DNA from: Eledone cirrhosa
Taxonomy: Eukaryota
NCBI GenBank assembly: GCA_964016885.1
Contig: OZ024742.1
Coordinates: forward strand, 127,782,001 to 127,846,000
Reading direction: 5' to 3'
DNA length: 64,000 nucleotides
Positions 35,016 to 48,499 of the stretch are shown here, piece after piece (position 1 is the stretch's first letter; every line of letters begins with the position of its first letter). The notes under the pieces were generated by a model. It was given only the letters and a program-made list of their open reading frames with translations. It was not told the origin of the DNA and searched no databases. The position numbers were made by a program, and so were the translations under genes.

Positions 35016-38000
35016 ATATGTTCATGCAAGCACACATACACATACTGCCATACATGTGATCATGAACACACATACACACAATGGCATACATATGATCATG
35101 CAAATGCACATGTAACGCAAGAAATGTTTTCCCACTGTTTTTTTCCTTATGATCAAGAGTATCAAAGGATTGACCTGCAACCTCACAGAGAAAACAATAG
35201 AAGGACTCACAGCACCAATTATATGAAAGGGGGATTTTTTCTAAGGCCATCTGTTTTCTATAAAATAACTAACAATCATTATAAATATGCTGGTGTTTGG
35301 TCCTAGAAACAGACATTCTCTTCTACGTCACCTGTTTGACAATACAGTCTGCTACACAACGATTTACTACTTCTGCTTGCAATATGACTAATTGCAAACT
35401 TGTCACTTTTTAAGGTAACATCCTAAGATAAATAAAGTGACTCCTTGGACAACACAGAAGATTTATTGAACACTATAATCATTGATTCTATTTACAATTC
35501 GAAGCAGTCGTATTTTTTCTTTTGTGAGGTGAATTGAAAGCTATATATATTAAACCAGAATTGTTGTACTTGTTATGTTCGTTTTTTCTTCCACAACAAA
35601 TAGACTTCGCGTCATTGGTGATTCTGAACATATGGACTATTCACAGCCCTGTAAAATGTTGATATGACATGGCCCTCTCACCAGCATCTTCATCGACACA
35701 AGCAGCGCTATCCCTTCGGGTTCCAACATTTTGTTCTCATGACCCAACTATTTGGTTCCATTACATTGAGGCCCAATTTGACACACACCACATTTTGTCT
35801 GACAAGACAGAAATCTTCCATGTGGTAGGGGTGCTTTCTCCTGCGATTCTGCAGGAGATCTGTGATTTGCTATCAGTACTGCAAGGCACATTTTCTTATG
35901 CAACTTTGAGGTTGGAACTCAATAAGCAGATGTCTGTCTCTCAACAGCAATGGTTGCATCAGCTGCTCCATACCGAGGAATTGGGCAACAGAAAACCATC
36001 ACAGTTTCTAAGATGATTAAAACAACTGTTGGGGGAAAATACCATGGATCTGGACATCCTGAAGCATCTCTTTCTATAGAGGCTACCACCAGCCACATGC
36101 AGTATTTTGGCAGTTAGTAAAGTGTCTACTCCTATCAAGGAGTTGGCAGATTCAGCCAACAGAATCATGGAGGTAGCAGCACCACTGTCTTTTATGGCCC
36201 AGGAAACACACCAGATCTCCAGTAAGCTCCTTTTCTTCATCTTTTTCTCCTATTTCTTCTTTGTCTTCTGGTTCGGAGGTGGCTGCTCTTGAAGCACAGT
36301 TAAGTCCCTAAGATCTGAGTCATACCTGGATGACTGATCCCATATGCTGGTACCACTATAAATTCATCAGAAAGGCCTGTTGATGCTTATTGCCCAGTTC
36401 ATTTCGAAGGGACCCTTGTTTTGTTCTGGGAAATGATATGGCCAGGCAGTAGCAGTGGCTACCACATCTGGCTCTTTCAAACCTAATTGCCTTTTCTATA
36501 TCAGTGACTGATCAACTGGTATTTGTTTTCTGATGGACACTGGGGCAGAGATTAAGTTCCTACCATCTACCCTAGTGCCAGGTAGCAGGAAACCCACAGT
36601 AGTTCTTGTTCAGGTGGTTAACCACTCTCCAATCTTTACATTCAGAGAAAAGTCATTTACTCTGTTACTCTGCATTTAGGGCTCTGACGAGTTTTCCAGT
36701 GGGTGTTCATCATCGCCAAATTGCTGACTCCAATTCTAGGAGCAGATTTCCTACATCATTTCGGCCTACTGCTGGATGCTAAACACAACAGACTGGTTGA
36801 TTTCACCACTGTGTGGTATCAATACTAGAGCATTCTCTGTCAGCCCATTTTTCTTAAACCCTGTTGAGTTAGGCAGATAAGACACCATTCTGCACAGATA
36901 CCTCAACATCATGTGCCCTGTGATTAACAGTTGGCCTGTGACCCTCATTATATTGTGACCGATGGCTCCCCTGGTTTCTTCTAAACTATGTCAACTCACT
37001 CCTGACAATATTGTAGCCAATTTCTTTTTTCTCTAAACATTTTAAGTCAGCTGAAACAAAGTAAAACACTTTTAGTCAGGAACTCTTAACTGTGTACCTC
37101 ATTATGAGATATTTCTGGCACATGTTGAAAAGTTCTGTTTTCTCCATTTACATGAATCACAAACCTCTCACATACAATTTATATTCCAAGCCTGACCACC
37201 ACTAAACTTGATTATGTATCCCAATATGCAATGGATATTTGCTACATAAAAGGTTAGGACAACTCTGCGGCTAACGCCCTTTCTCATGCATACTTAAGTG
37301 CACTGCACACCTCTGCTTCAATCAACCTCTGAGATATTGCTGCCGACCAAGAGACAAATGAGGAGCTCTTCAAACTCTGAAAATCTCCCTCTTCTTCTTT
37401 GTTTTTCAAACTCCTTCCTCTACCTCTTTCTCCTGGTCATATTCAGTGTGATGTTTCTACTGGTCACAAGCACCCTTATGTACCTCTAATGCATTGACGT
37501 TTGTTCTTTTCTGCTCTGCACAATTTATCACATCCTGGTGCCAACTCTACCCTTAAGTTAATAACAACCCGGTTTGTCTGGGCTGGTGTAAACAAGGATG
37601 TCAGGGAATGGGCCAAGTGTTGTGTCCATTATCAGAAGTTAAGAATTCATTACATTGTCAGAAGTTAAGAATTCATTACAGTGTCAGAACTCCTCTGGGC
37701 ACCTTCTCGATGCCAGATGCATGTTTCCAACATGTGCACATCAACATCGTTGGACCACTGCCTCCTTCTCAGAGTTGCACTCACCTTTTGTTCTGTGTGA
37801 ACAGATTCTCCTGGTAGCCTGAAGCCATTCCCCTACTTGATACCTCAGCCAAAACTATTGCCAAGGCATTAGTATAGCATTGGATTTGGCATTATGGCAC
37901 ACCTTCTACCATCACAACGGACAGAAGTGGCCAGTTTGAATCAAACCTTTTTAATTAATAACACACCTCCTTGGTTGTAACCAAACATGTACAACAGCTT

Positions 38001-38263
38001 ACCACCCTACAGTTAATGGTATGGTAGAACGTTTCCATCAACAATTAAAAGCTGAATTCAGAGCGTATGACAGCAACAGCATGTGGTTGGAGATCTTACC
38101 CCTTATCCTTCTTGGAATTCGCTCTACATTAAGAGAAGGAATTGATTCTATGCCAGCTGAGTTGGTTTATGGCACAACAGTAGTGGTGCCCAGGTAAATG
38201 ATTGCCCCTGATCCTCAAGACATCCCCCCGTAGCCAACAAATTATTTAATATATTTTAGATCA

Positions 38264-39552
38264 GATATAAATATTTGTAGATCTTGATTGTCTTCATTCT
38301 AATACTGAAGACGACATATATATATATGTGTGCAATAAGTAGCAGCAAGTGCCCACAGAATACTAGCTCACTCCATTGCACAGATGGTTCTATAGAAATA
38401 GTGGACAGCTTCCGTTACCTGGGTGACAAAATTCAGCAGTGGGGGAGGGTGCTATGAAAGTACAGTAACTAGAGTCAGAACATGATGGAAAAAGTTCAGA
38501 GAGCTTATACCACTATTAGCCGCTAAAGGGTTCTCCCTAAAAATGAAAGGCAGGCTGCACACGAACAGCAATGTTGCATGGCAGTGAGACCTGGGCATTG
38601 TGTGCAGAGGATATATGCAGACTGGAGAGGAACGAAGTTTGCATGCTCCGCTGGATGTGTAATAGTAATATACGTGAACGGCAAAGCATAAACGAACTAA
38701 GGGAAAAATTAGAAATAAGAGGTGATCAGATTTTGTTTACTCGAGAGAAGGCTACGTTGGTATGGGCACGTGATGCGCATGAAAGACGACAGCTGTATAA
38801 AAAAGTGCAGGGCACTAAAAATAGACGGTAGCCACGGAGTAGGCAGACCCAGAAAAACCTGGGACGACTTGAAAAATTCCGACCTCACACACTTGCACCT
38901 CTCCAAGACAATGTCACTGGACCGAGACCTTTGGCGCTACACAGTAATAGAGAAGACCCGCCTTACCTAAGTACAAAGTGAAACCTACTACAGTCAGTAG
39001 GCACCTCTAACAAAATACACCCCCGTCCTACTACCCCCCCCCCCCCCCTCCCATGTAAAGTTATGTTGGTGCCACAACATCCAACCCGAAACAAATGAGG
39101 TCGTGTCGGTGTCACGACAAAAAAAACACACAGTCCACGCTGTAATGTGGCCATGTAGGTAACACGGTAAAAACCTCCCAGCCCCACACTGTAAATGTGG
39201 TAGGTGTTAGGAAGGGCATCCAGCTGTAGAAAACCCGCCAGACAGTCCTATGCGAGCAAGACAACCACTCTTGCCTCAAGTGGGAAAACTCCCGTCCAAA
39301 CCCATGCAAGCGTGGAATATGGACGTTAAACGATGATGATGATGATGATATATATATATCAGCTTCTACTACAACGTAATATAATATCTGTATACAACAA
39401 CTACAACGGTATGCGATGGGGCCCACCCACAGCCCCGGCGGATAGAATGAAGAAGGCGTTTCCCCGGAGGACGGCAAGGGAGACGTGCTGAAAAAGCCAC
39501 TCCAACTCGCGCGGCTCACACCTGCGGCTGGCCAGCTCAGCGCTTTGAACCT
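38264..39552 (-). mobile_element. 3' fragment of a CRE-clade non-LTR element nested in the Gypsy integrase
   Basis: Minus frame from 39550 reads ELASRRCEPRELEWLFQHVSLAVLRGNAFFIL, typical of the CRE C-terminus. Confidence 0.65.
38330..39349 (+). mobile_element. 5'-truncated RTE subfamily B nested in (AT)6 within the CRE fragment
   Basis: Frameshifted RT C-terminus, 3' UTR, (GAT)n tail, (AT)6 on both sides. Confidence 0.9.
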
Positions 39553-40588
39553 ATATGTCAAACCTGTGATCTGTTGCTCCTCACCTCCTTCAAATTGTCA
39601 CAACTGAAGTTTCATCTGACATACAAAATAGATGTTTTCATCATTAATGATACTATCAGACCTTTGTTGCAACCTCTATATTCTGGACACTTCCAAGTAC
39701 TCAAACGGACACCCAAGCATTTCATTTTGGACATAAACAGAGAGAGGGATGCTGTCAGTGTCATCCGTTTAAAAAAAGCATATGTAGATTTGGAAGCACC
39801 CTCGCCAGAGGACCAAGTTAAGTGCATCTGTCCACTGGTACTCCTAACTCTATACCAACAATGAGAACCAGATCCAGTTGATGGGTTCACTGTCCTTTTC
39901 ACTATATTCAATATTTCAAGTAACATTCCTCATGCTATCTATAATTTGTTATCTCTTTTTCTTTCTACAAGGGAAGTATGCAGCAGTTTTCTATTTGAGG
40001 CTATTGGTTCTCTCTTTTGCTTCCTCTTTGCTTATCAATCACTACTCCCATATCGATCTAGTGGGGAATTAATGTAGTGAAAGAAATGTTTTCCCATGGT
40101 GTTTTTTCCTTTATGATCACAATGACCAAAGGATTAATGCAACCTCACAGGCAAGACAATAGATAAATTTCCCTTGTGGAAGGACTCACAGCACCAATTA
40201 TACGAAAGGAGGATATTTTCTAAGGCCGTCTGTTTTCTGTAAAATAACTAACAATCATTATAAATATGCTGGTGTTTGGTCCTAGAAACAGACATTCTCT
40301 GCCATGTCACCTGTTAATACAGTCTGCTACATAACAATTTACTACTTCTGCTTGCAATACAACTAACTGCAAACTTGTCACTTTTTAAGGTAACATCCTA
40401 AGATAAATAAAGTGACTCCCTGGACAACACAGAAGATTTATTGAACACTATAATCATTGATTCTATTTACAATTCAAAGCAGTCATATTTTTTCCTTTTG
40501 AGGTGAATTGAAAGCTATATATATTAAACCAGAATTGTTGTACTTGTTATGTTCGTTTTTTCTTCCACAACAAATAGACTTCGCTTCA

Positions 40589-40960
40589 CACATATGCACA
40601 TACTGACATACATATGTTCATGCAAACACATATACACACGCATATGTTCATGCAAGTGCATATACACATGTATACTGACATACATATGTTCATGCATGTA
40701 CACATATACACTGACATACATGTGCTCATGCAAGCACACATACACACACTAACATATGTAATCATGCAAGCATACAGACATACACACACATACATGTGCT
40801 CATGCAAGCACACATATACACACTGACTTGCATGTGCTCATGCATACACACATATACAGACTGACTTACAGGGACTATGCAAGCACACATATACACACTG
40901 ACTTACAAGGTCATTATGCATACACACGTACACACACACACACACATCACACACATGCAT
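40589..40960. repeat. Degenerate CA-rich minisatellite (CATGCAAGCACACATATACACACTGAC-like units)
   Basis: Recurrent about 32-40-bp units; same family at about 32560-32685, 34290-34350 and 35015-35110. Confidence 0.75.
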
Positions 40961-41031
40961 AAAGTGAAAAATATATGAATTTGTTGATTTCAGCAGACAT
41001 ACATGGAAACATTTTCATACTTATATAAATA

Positions 41032-41658
41032 CTAGCAGTGGTACCCGGTGTTGCACGGGATAAGGTATTTTGGAATGCGGGCCGCCAACAGACCTAATCG
41101 TGGAAAAACTGCATGCCTGGACAATATGTAAAAAAAATAAACCGAATACTCTGATGGCTGGATAATCTTTAAGATTTTCCTCGATGAAGCAGAAAAAATG
41201 CAGGTTTTCACCTAATGCGGGCCCTAGGGGATCAAGAGAATTAAATTTGTTTACGGGCATAATATGCCTTGAAATTTCGGGAAAATCGGCTAGACGTGAC
41301 GCCTCAAAAAAGCCCTAAAAAGCTGAAAAAATGAAGTTTTTCACCTAATGCGGGCCCTAGGCCATAAAAAAGTTGGATTTTCTTTGCTCACGGTATGAAG
41401 AAGAGACTGACTAATACATAGTTACAATTTCAAGGAAATCAGTCTGACGTAACGACTCAAAAAAACCCTAAAAAGCTGAAAAAACGCAGTTTGTCACCTA
41501 ATGCGGGTTCCAGGGGATCAAAAAGTTGAATTTTTTTATGTGCATAACACTCCCTGAAACATGTAAAGTTTGAAAAAAATCGATTGGGTACTTTTTGAGT
41601 TTTAGGGATTCAAACTCACAGACACACAGACAGACATCCTCAGTTTTATATAGATAGA
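41032..41658 (-). mobile_element. Non-autonomous Helitron
   Basis: Minus strand 5' TC, 3' hairpin CCCG...CGGG about 8 nt before terminal CTAG, inserted at A|T, three internal subrepeats (TCACCTAATGCGGG). Confidence 0.8.
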
Positions 41659-41670
41659 TGAATATATATA

Positions 41671-42013
41671 TCATCATCATCATCATCATCATTTCATTTT
41701 ACGTCCACTTTTCCCTGCTTGCAAGGGTGGGACGGGAACTGATTCTGGCTTGATTTCTACAGCTGGATGCCCTTCCTAACACCAACCTCATTTACAGTGA
41801 GTGCTGGGTGCTTTTTTGCCGTGGCACCTCCACGACCACTATACAGTGGAACGATAGGGACACCATTCCCTATCATCTCATTTCTACAGCTGAGTAAACT
41901 GGAGCAATGTGAAATAAAGTGTCTTGCTCAAGGAAACAACACATCACCCGGTCTGAGAATTGAACTCACAACCTTTTGATTGCAAGGCCAATGCTCTAAC
42001 CACTAAGCCATGT
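41671..42013 (-). mobile_element. tRNA-head / CORE-like / RTE-tail SINE
   Basis: Same family as 47639-47990. Confidence 0.88.
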
Positions 42014-42977
42014 ATAAGCCATATATATATATATTCATTTACATCCATCAGCCATCAAGTATTTTAAGGCCAGTTTCACTGCTAAAATAAGGGTTAGCTT
42101 TGTTTGTTCCCTGACAGCTTCATACCCATTACGGGGTCTATTTGAGGCAGTGTTTTATGGCTGGATGCCTTTCCTGGTGCCAACCTTTTTAGTCACTTAT
42201 TACATAGATTTGCTAGAAAGAACAGCCAACTCTCCCTCAAATCAGACCCTGTTTTCCTAAAACGTTAAGGACACATTCATTGGATAATGTAGAGCTGGAC
42301 CAATACAAAATAGAATGATCAAATCTAAAATCTCTTTAATCATAAGTTTGTTCAATCAAGACTGATTTGATGCTTAACAAAAACAAAAAAAAAAAAAAAA
42401 AAAAAAACGAACTAAAGCTAGTTTTTAATGGTGTTGTTCTGGCCCTAACATAATTTATATGACTTCAAATAATTGTTTCTACGTTAGGCACAAGGCCAGC
42501 AATTACCCAGTACATTACTGGTACTTTATTTTAACTAATAAATAAGGGAAGGAAATGACTTGACTAAACAAGAATTGGATACAATACTGTCAGGTGAAAC
42601 AAACTGTTAAAATGGTAGCGGAGTAATGTTTATGATTAGTCATTTCTGGTTCAACAAATATACAACTCTTCAATGTTCATATTTCAGCTTTTAATGTTCT
42701 TTGCATTATCTCCTGGTCCACTCAACCGTAAGCCCTCTATTAACAAAGCAGTTCCTGATCACTATCGACCCTCTTATATTTTTCCATATGACAACGCTGA
42801 AACTGTTATTTGGGAAACTTGCCTGACAAATACTGATGGAGAATTGTCCAAAACGTAAGTTCGATTGACTTAAAAAAAAAACTCTTAATATCATGTATGG
42901 ATTTAGCAGAAATTGTCTAAAAACTGATTTGTCAATTCAAATGTTTATAGTATCTTTCTTTATAAATGTTTATATTA

Positions 42978-44394
42978 CACTGGTCAACAATTTTTGAAAA
43001 GTTGTGTGCTTCTTAAATGAGATTATTTAATTCTTATGTATTTTCATGTCCTGAATTCAAATATCACCTTGATAAATGTTTATTAGCTACAGGCTTAAAG
43101 ATACATGATATGTCATATTTGATTATTTTATAACGTACAATATGTGTCATTATGTTTTAAGCTCTAGTCCGTATATAATCTCTGCCTTTTTGCTTGACAC
43201 TTATAGTGGACTGAAGAATCATCTCTTGCCAATGTCCAGTAATAGTCTGCAAACATTGTTGTGCTCCATTAGCCCTGGTACCACTTTTCCCTGGTTGAAA
43301 TATCTTGGTAAAACCTATCACCATGTTCGTCACTAACTGTTCCACAGTTTGCTGGAAAAATAGTCTAAATGAGATTCCAAAAAGTGGATTTTAAGTGACA
43401 TGTTACATCCCATATTCTTGTAAGCCTTGATGAGGTTCTCCACCAATTCTTCATAGTTCCCTCCCCTTCTGTTTCCAAGAAATCCCCTTGCCACTAACTT
43501 GAATGCTTCCCAAGCAGCTTTCTCCTCCCCATGAAGGGCTGATTCAAAGTCACCATCTTTATGAAACTCTTGAATCTGAGGACCATTGAAGACTCCCTCT
43601 TTTATTTAGAGTCAGTCAGTGAGGGGAATTTTGATGTTAAATACTTGAATCCCTGACTGGATTTGTCCATAGCTTTTATAAAGTTTTTCATGAGCCCCAG
43701 TTTTATGTGTAGAGGTGGTAGCAACATTTAGTTTGGTTCAGTGAAAGGTGGATGTTGAACATTTTTCATCCCAGGCTCCAATGATTGATGAGGTGGTCAG
43801 TCTCTCCTGATATAGTGGGAACCTCTTGCACAGCAGTCCTATATACACAGAAAGCAGCAGTACTCAGCGTATCCACCCTGCAAGCCCATTACAAGAGCAA
43901 CAACCTTTAAGTCACCACAGAGCTGCCATTAATGTTCATCATATTTTATGCATTGCAATATATGCTTTATATTCTCATAAGTTTCTTTCATATGTGATAC
44001 ATAGCCTACAGGAACTGGTGGTTCACTATTGCCATTATGCAGCAAGACACCTTTCAGACTAGTTTTTTATGAATTTATGAGCAGCCTCCAGTGACTGGGT
44101 TCGTATTCAATACCAAGTGCTTCCATCAGACCAATAATATTGTTGCAGGCCAATAAATCATCTTCCAGGTGGATTGGCAGTATCGGTAGAGGGTCTGTTG
44201 GAACAATACTGAAGGACAGTGGGACTGTGAGTGTGGTAAGAAACACACTACTGCAAGCCTGTTGGAGCCTGCTGTGACATGTAGGTATATGTTGAAAAGT
44301 AGAGCTAACAAACCATGATATTCATTATCAGCGGCATAAAATTAGTTGGAAATGGCTACTCTGGTCTCAGAAGCATTTTGGTTGTTGACCAGTG
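42978..44394 (-). mobile_element. Degenerate Chapaev3-like (CMC) DNA transposon
   Basis: 13-bp TIR CACTGGTCAACAA, TTA TSD on both sides. Transposase remnants YCCFLC, LPPLHIKLGLMKNFIKAMD, GCNMSLKIHFLESHLD. Confidence 0.88.
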
Positions 44395-44474
44395 TTATCA
44401 TTGTGAAAATTTGTAGTATTAGAGTTAAAATTTTACTTGTTAATGTGATGTAGTCTATAGATGTAAATATTGAT

Positions 44475-44670
44475 TTCTAATTTAGGTGCAAAGCCAACAA
44501 ATTTAGGGAAGGGCAAAGTTGATTAAATCAACCCCAGTACTTGACTGGTACTTTATTTTATTGCTCCTGGAAGGATGACATGCAAATTTGATCTTGGCTG
44601 GATTTGAACTCAAAATGTAAAGAGCCAAAACAAATGCCACTTTACCAATTCAGCCAACCCCACCACCCTA
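44475..44670 (-). mobile_element. Degenerate tRNA-derived SINE (second family)
   Basis: B box GAGTTCAAATCC on the minus strand; homologous to 45735-45890. Confidence 0.65.
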
Positions 44671-45734
44671 CTTTAGATGTAGATATTTAAAAAAAATGAT
44701 TAATCTGTAAAGATGGGGTTAAAAATAGTCTGTAAAATTATAAGACATGGACTGCAGAAGACTGGAGGGAGGTAGGACCATTATGCTCTTCAATAGAGTC
44801 AATAACCAACTGCTTCCCTGGTGCTGGTGTCATGATAGAGCACACCCAGTACACTTTGTAGGGTGGTAGATGGTATTGTGTGGGGTTTCCAGCAATAGAA
44901 TTTATGCTAAAAAAACTTTGAGAGGATCCTTCTGTCATGATACATGTATCTTTCCTGTGCTAGTGCCAAGAAAAATGCACCCAGTTCACCCTACATGGTT
45001 GTTGGTGATAGGAAGGGCATCCAGCTGTAGAAACCATGCCAAAAAAGGTAGAGAAAACTCTTCTTTTATGTCAAAGATATGACAACCTCTCTAGTGTTGG
45101 TGATATGACAAAACACCCAGGACACTGTAAAGTGGTTGGTGATAGGAAGGGTACCCAGCCATAGAAAACTTCCCAAACAAAGAGTAGAGAAGACTATTTA
45201 GTTGGGTTAAAAACATGACGACCTTCCTTGTACCATAATAAGATGCACACTAAACTCTATAAAGTTTGGAAATGTATATAAACGAGATGCAGTCCCTGAC
45301 CTGTCTGAGAGATAAGTGCTTGCAATTAAGTACTGACTTGGTCTGTAATGATAGCTGATGTTAAATGATGATTATATATTGATAATTAGATAGCAATCTA
45401 CTTCTATCACACTCTTGTACCATTTAACCTTCCTGATATTTATTTATTTATTTATTCATTTAATTTATTGGAAATAAGGAAAGTCTTAGATTTCTTTCAC
45501 TGTCAAATCATTTACTCATTCCTCTTTAGCCATTATACTTATGTATATATATATATATATATGGTTATGTAACTCCTGATAGAGTTGTAGGGGCACCATA
45601 TTGACATACAGTGTTTCTTGGACATTTTAAGCCTGGCGGAGCCCATCACGTTCCAGGCCTGAATACAGCAGATTTCTTCCAGAGAAAGATAGAAAGTGAG
45701 AGAGAGGAAATGAGAAAGAGATATAGAGGAAGAA

Positions 45735-45890
45735 TCCACCCCAGTACTAGACTGGTACTTTTTTATCGACTTCGAAAGGATGAAAAGCAAAGTTGTCCTC
45801 GGTGGGATTTGAACTCAGAGAGTAGAAAGCGGGAACAGATAACATCAAGCATTCTCTCTACCGGTCTAACGACTCCGCCAATTCGCCACC
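45735..45890 (-). mobile_element. tRNA-derived SINE 5' half (second family)
   Basis: A-box-like TGGCGGAGTCG and B box GAGTTCAAATCCC on the minus strand. Confidence 0.7.
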
Positions 45891-45948
45891 TATATATACT
45901 TAACATTATACTAAACATATTGTAAATGTTTATTTTATTTTCTTACAG

Positions 45949-46012
45949 AACTTTTGAAATTATGGTTCCTTTAAAAGACTTGTCACCCACAATTAGCAGT
46001 GAGATTATTCGG
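45949..46012 (+). CDS. Host gene exon: TFEIMVPLKDLSPTISSEIIR
   Basis: ttttcttacag acceptor, gtaaat donor, phase 2 to 0; arrestin_C-like P(T/S)xxxxIIxxxY. Confidence 0.8.
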
Positions 46013-46439
46013 GTAAATGTATTTCTCTTTTGGTAGCAAACATTAATATTTAGAGAAAGATTTTGCACAATATTAATTTTTTATATCTGAAATCTTACAG
46101 CCTTACAATAGCTTAAATTACAATGAAGAATCTGAGAATCTACTACAGAGTTAAGAAGTTCATTAAATGAAGAAGCATTGATTTTTTTTTTTATTTTATC
46201 CAATTATGAAACATTGTGATGATGATGATGATGGTGTTCACATTTCAAAAGCAAGACTTTGGCAGTTAAAATATAAGATACTAAACGATGTTCTATAAAA
46301 TATCTAATTCAATTCTCTACCATTTCAACTATAATCTCTACCCTCTCAATGAAGACACATTAATATCCTCTTAGTAATAATGTTAAAATTATTTTTAGAT
46401 GGCAGATTACAGAAACAGTTATAGGACATTAGTATCTAT

Positions 46440-47200
46440 CCATCTTGATGATGATAAAGCAGTTGCAGCTACCATTCCCCATCCACATCATTTGTCTATA
46501 CCTATTCAGTTTTCTCTCTTTTACACTACATCTAATCCTTCTTATGCTCATTAATGTTTTATCATTCATACACATTCCACTATTACACATCCATCAGAGC
46601 ATGTTCTCATTTCTTTCCAATCTTCACAGATGCTTTGCATTCAAGACCCAAATTTCACTTTTATGTAGCATCATACAACCTGTCTGTAATCCTGAGAAAT
46701 AAACCCTTAGTAGACAGCAAAGGTAGTAACTTTCTGAATTTTTCCAACTAGTTCTCACTCTAGCTTCCGTATTTTCAGGACACTCACCTCCACTGCTAAT
46801 TAAGTCACCTAGGTAATTGAAGCTGTCAACCATTTCTAGGGAACCACCTGAGCATTTGATAGTGTGTTTCATGTGAACTCTTACTGCTCCTGTGCCACTT
46901 CCAGAAACAAAGTCTTCATTTTTCATTAGCCTCCTTGAGATCCTGTTACATATCTTGTGTATCCTTAGTTTACATTTTGTACACTGCATGTAATTTCTAC
47001 CAATTCCTTTTTTGCATATTGAGCATGGCCATTTCTTTGATGGAATCAGAACACTGTCATCTTACCTACTTACTAGGTCTTTAGTCTTTGCTAAGTTGAA
47101 TTTGAGGTTTCACAATTCTGTTTTGCTTTCAAATCTAATTTCTAATTCCACTGTGAAGTCAGCTATGAGAACTAAGTTATCTGCATATAGGAGTGTCCAC
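46440..47200 (-). pseudogene. Old RTE RT fragment
   Basis: LLYADNL, VDSFNYLGD, ARVRTSWK with frameshifts. Confidence 0.8.
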
Positions 47201-47361
47201 AGGTAGAGATGGAGGGTGGTGGAATAGGATTGGAGAAAGTGGAAAGCACACATGATCTTATGACGGAAGGGTAAAGTGGAGGGGCGGAAGGGAAGATGGG
47301 TGGGGCAGGACGTGGTGATAGGGCAGTGGTACAATCACCTAGATGGGTATAGTTGAGAGTG

Positions 47362-47510
47362 GTTTGAACTAAGGTGTGAGGATATCTGCAGTTTGAACAT
47401 GGATGTGAAGATAGCTGCAGTTTGAACTAAGGTGTGAGGATACCTTCAGTTTGAACTAAGGTGTGACGATACCTGCAGTTTGAACTAAGGTGTGACGATA
47501 CCTGCAGTTT
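47362..47510. repeat. 29-bp minisatellite x5
   Basis: GTTTGAACTAAGGTGTGACGATACCTGCA units at 47362, 47391, 47420, 47449 and 47478. Confidence 0.93.
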
Positions 47511-47533
47511 ATATATATATATATATAAATAAA

Positions 47534-47564
<31 letters not shown>

Positions 47565-47638
47565 AAATGTATGTGTGTGTGTGTATATGTATATATATCT
47601 ATATATATATAAAATGTGTGTGTATATATATATATAAT

Positions 47639-47990
47639 GGAGGCACATGGCTTAGTGGTTAGAGCATTGGCCTTGCAATCGAAAGGTTGTGAGTCCAATT
47701 CTCAGACCGGGCGATGTGTTGTTTCCTTGAGCAAGGCACTTTATTTCACATTGCTCCAGTTTACTCAGCTGTAGAAATGAGATGATAGGGACTGGAGTCC
47801 CTATCATTCCACTGCAAAGTGGTCGTGGTGGTGCCACGGTAAAAAAGCGCCCAGCACTCACTGTAAATGAGGTTGGTGTTAGGAAGGGCATCCAGCTGTA
47901 GAAATCAAGCCAGAATCAGTTCCCGTCCCACCCTTGCAAGCAGGGAAAAGTGGACGTAAAATGAAATGATGAAAAATGCTGATGATGATG
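47639..47990 (+). mobile_element. tRNA-head / CORE-like / RTE-tail SINE
   Basis: A box TGGCTTAGTGG, B box GAGTCCAATTC, CORE-like CCTTGAGCAAGGCACTT...CTCAGCTGTAGAAATG; 3' part matches RTE-A 3' UTR; GAT tail. Confidence 0.9.
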
Positions 47991-48062
47991 AATGAGTGTA
48001 GTATAAGAATTAGTAAATAATTGTCAGTATAATCTTGGATTTGTATATTTATTTTAAAACAG

Positions 48063-48161
48063 TGTTCCTATAAAATGAACATAAGTATAACGTTAGAGAA
48101 CAAGAAGTCAATTTGTCTTGATGTACCTGGACCCTATGTACTGTCAGCTGATGATGATATG
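48063..48161 (+). CDS. Host gene exon: CSYKMNISITLENKKSICLDVPGPYVLSADDDM
   Basis: aacag acceptor, gtaagt donor, phase 0 to 0. Confidence 0.8.
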
Positions 48162-48320
48162 GTAAGTTATAACCTTCAAATAGCATTCAATAAAACCCTA
48201 CCAATTATTTGAAGTGCCTTATGGAATCATGGTAATGATAATGAAGTTGATGTTTGTCAGAAACAGAAGGCCAAGCTGTTGCTATACATATATCTATCTA
48301 TCTGTCTATCTATCCATCTA

Positions 48321-48367
<47 letters not shown>

Positions 48368-48463
48368 ATTTTTTTTTTTAATGGCTGATTAAATGTTTTT
48401 TCTTAAATATTTATTTTATACTCCTTCTCCTTATCACTCTATCTTTCTATTTCATGTTTTATT

Positions 48464-48495
<32 letters not shown>

Positions 48496-48499
<4 letters not shown>

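Larger units (their letters stand above)
35111..40588 (+). mobile_element. Degenerate Gypsy LTR retrotransposon (CsRn1-like), LTRs 35111-35614 and 40073-40588, TSD CACA
   Basis: TG...CA direct repeats, PBS-like TTGGTGA, PPT before the 3' LTR. Gag DPTIWF, protease MDTGAE, integrase remnants; RT largely deleted. Confidence 0.9.

Noticed and set aside
47362-47510. CRISPR-like 29-bp repeats starting GTTTGAA
   Set aside because: Units are contiguous with no spacers, there are no cas genes, and the context is eukaryotic. It is a minisatellite.
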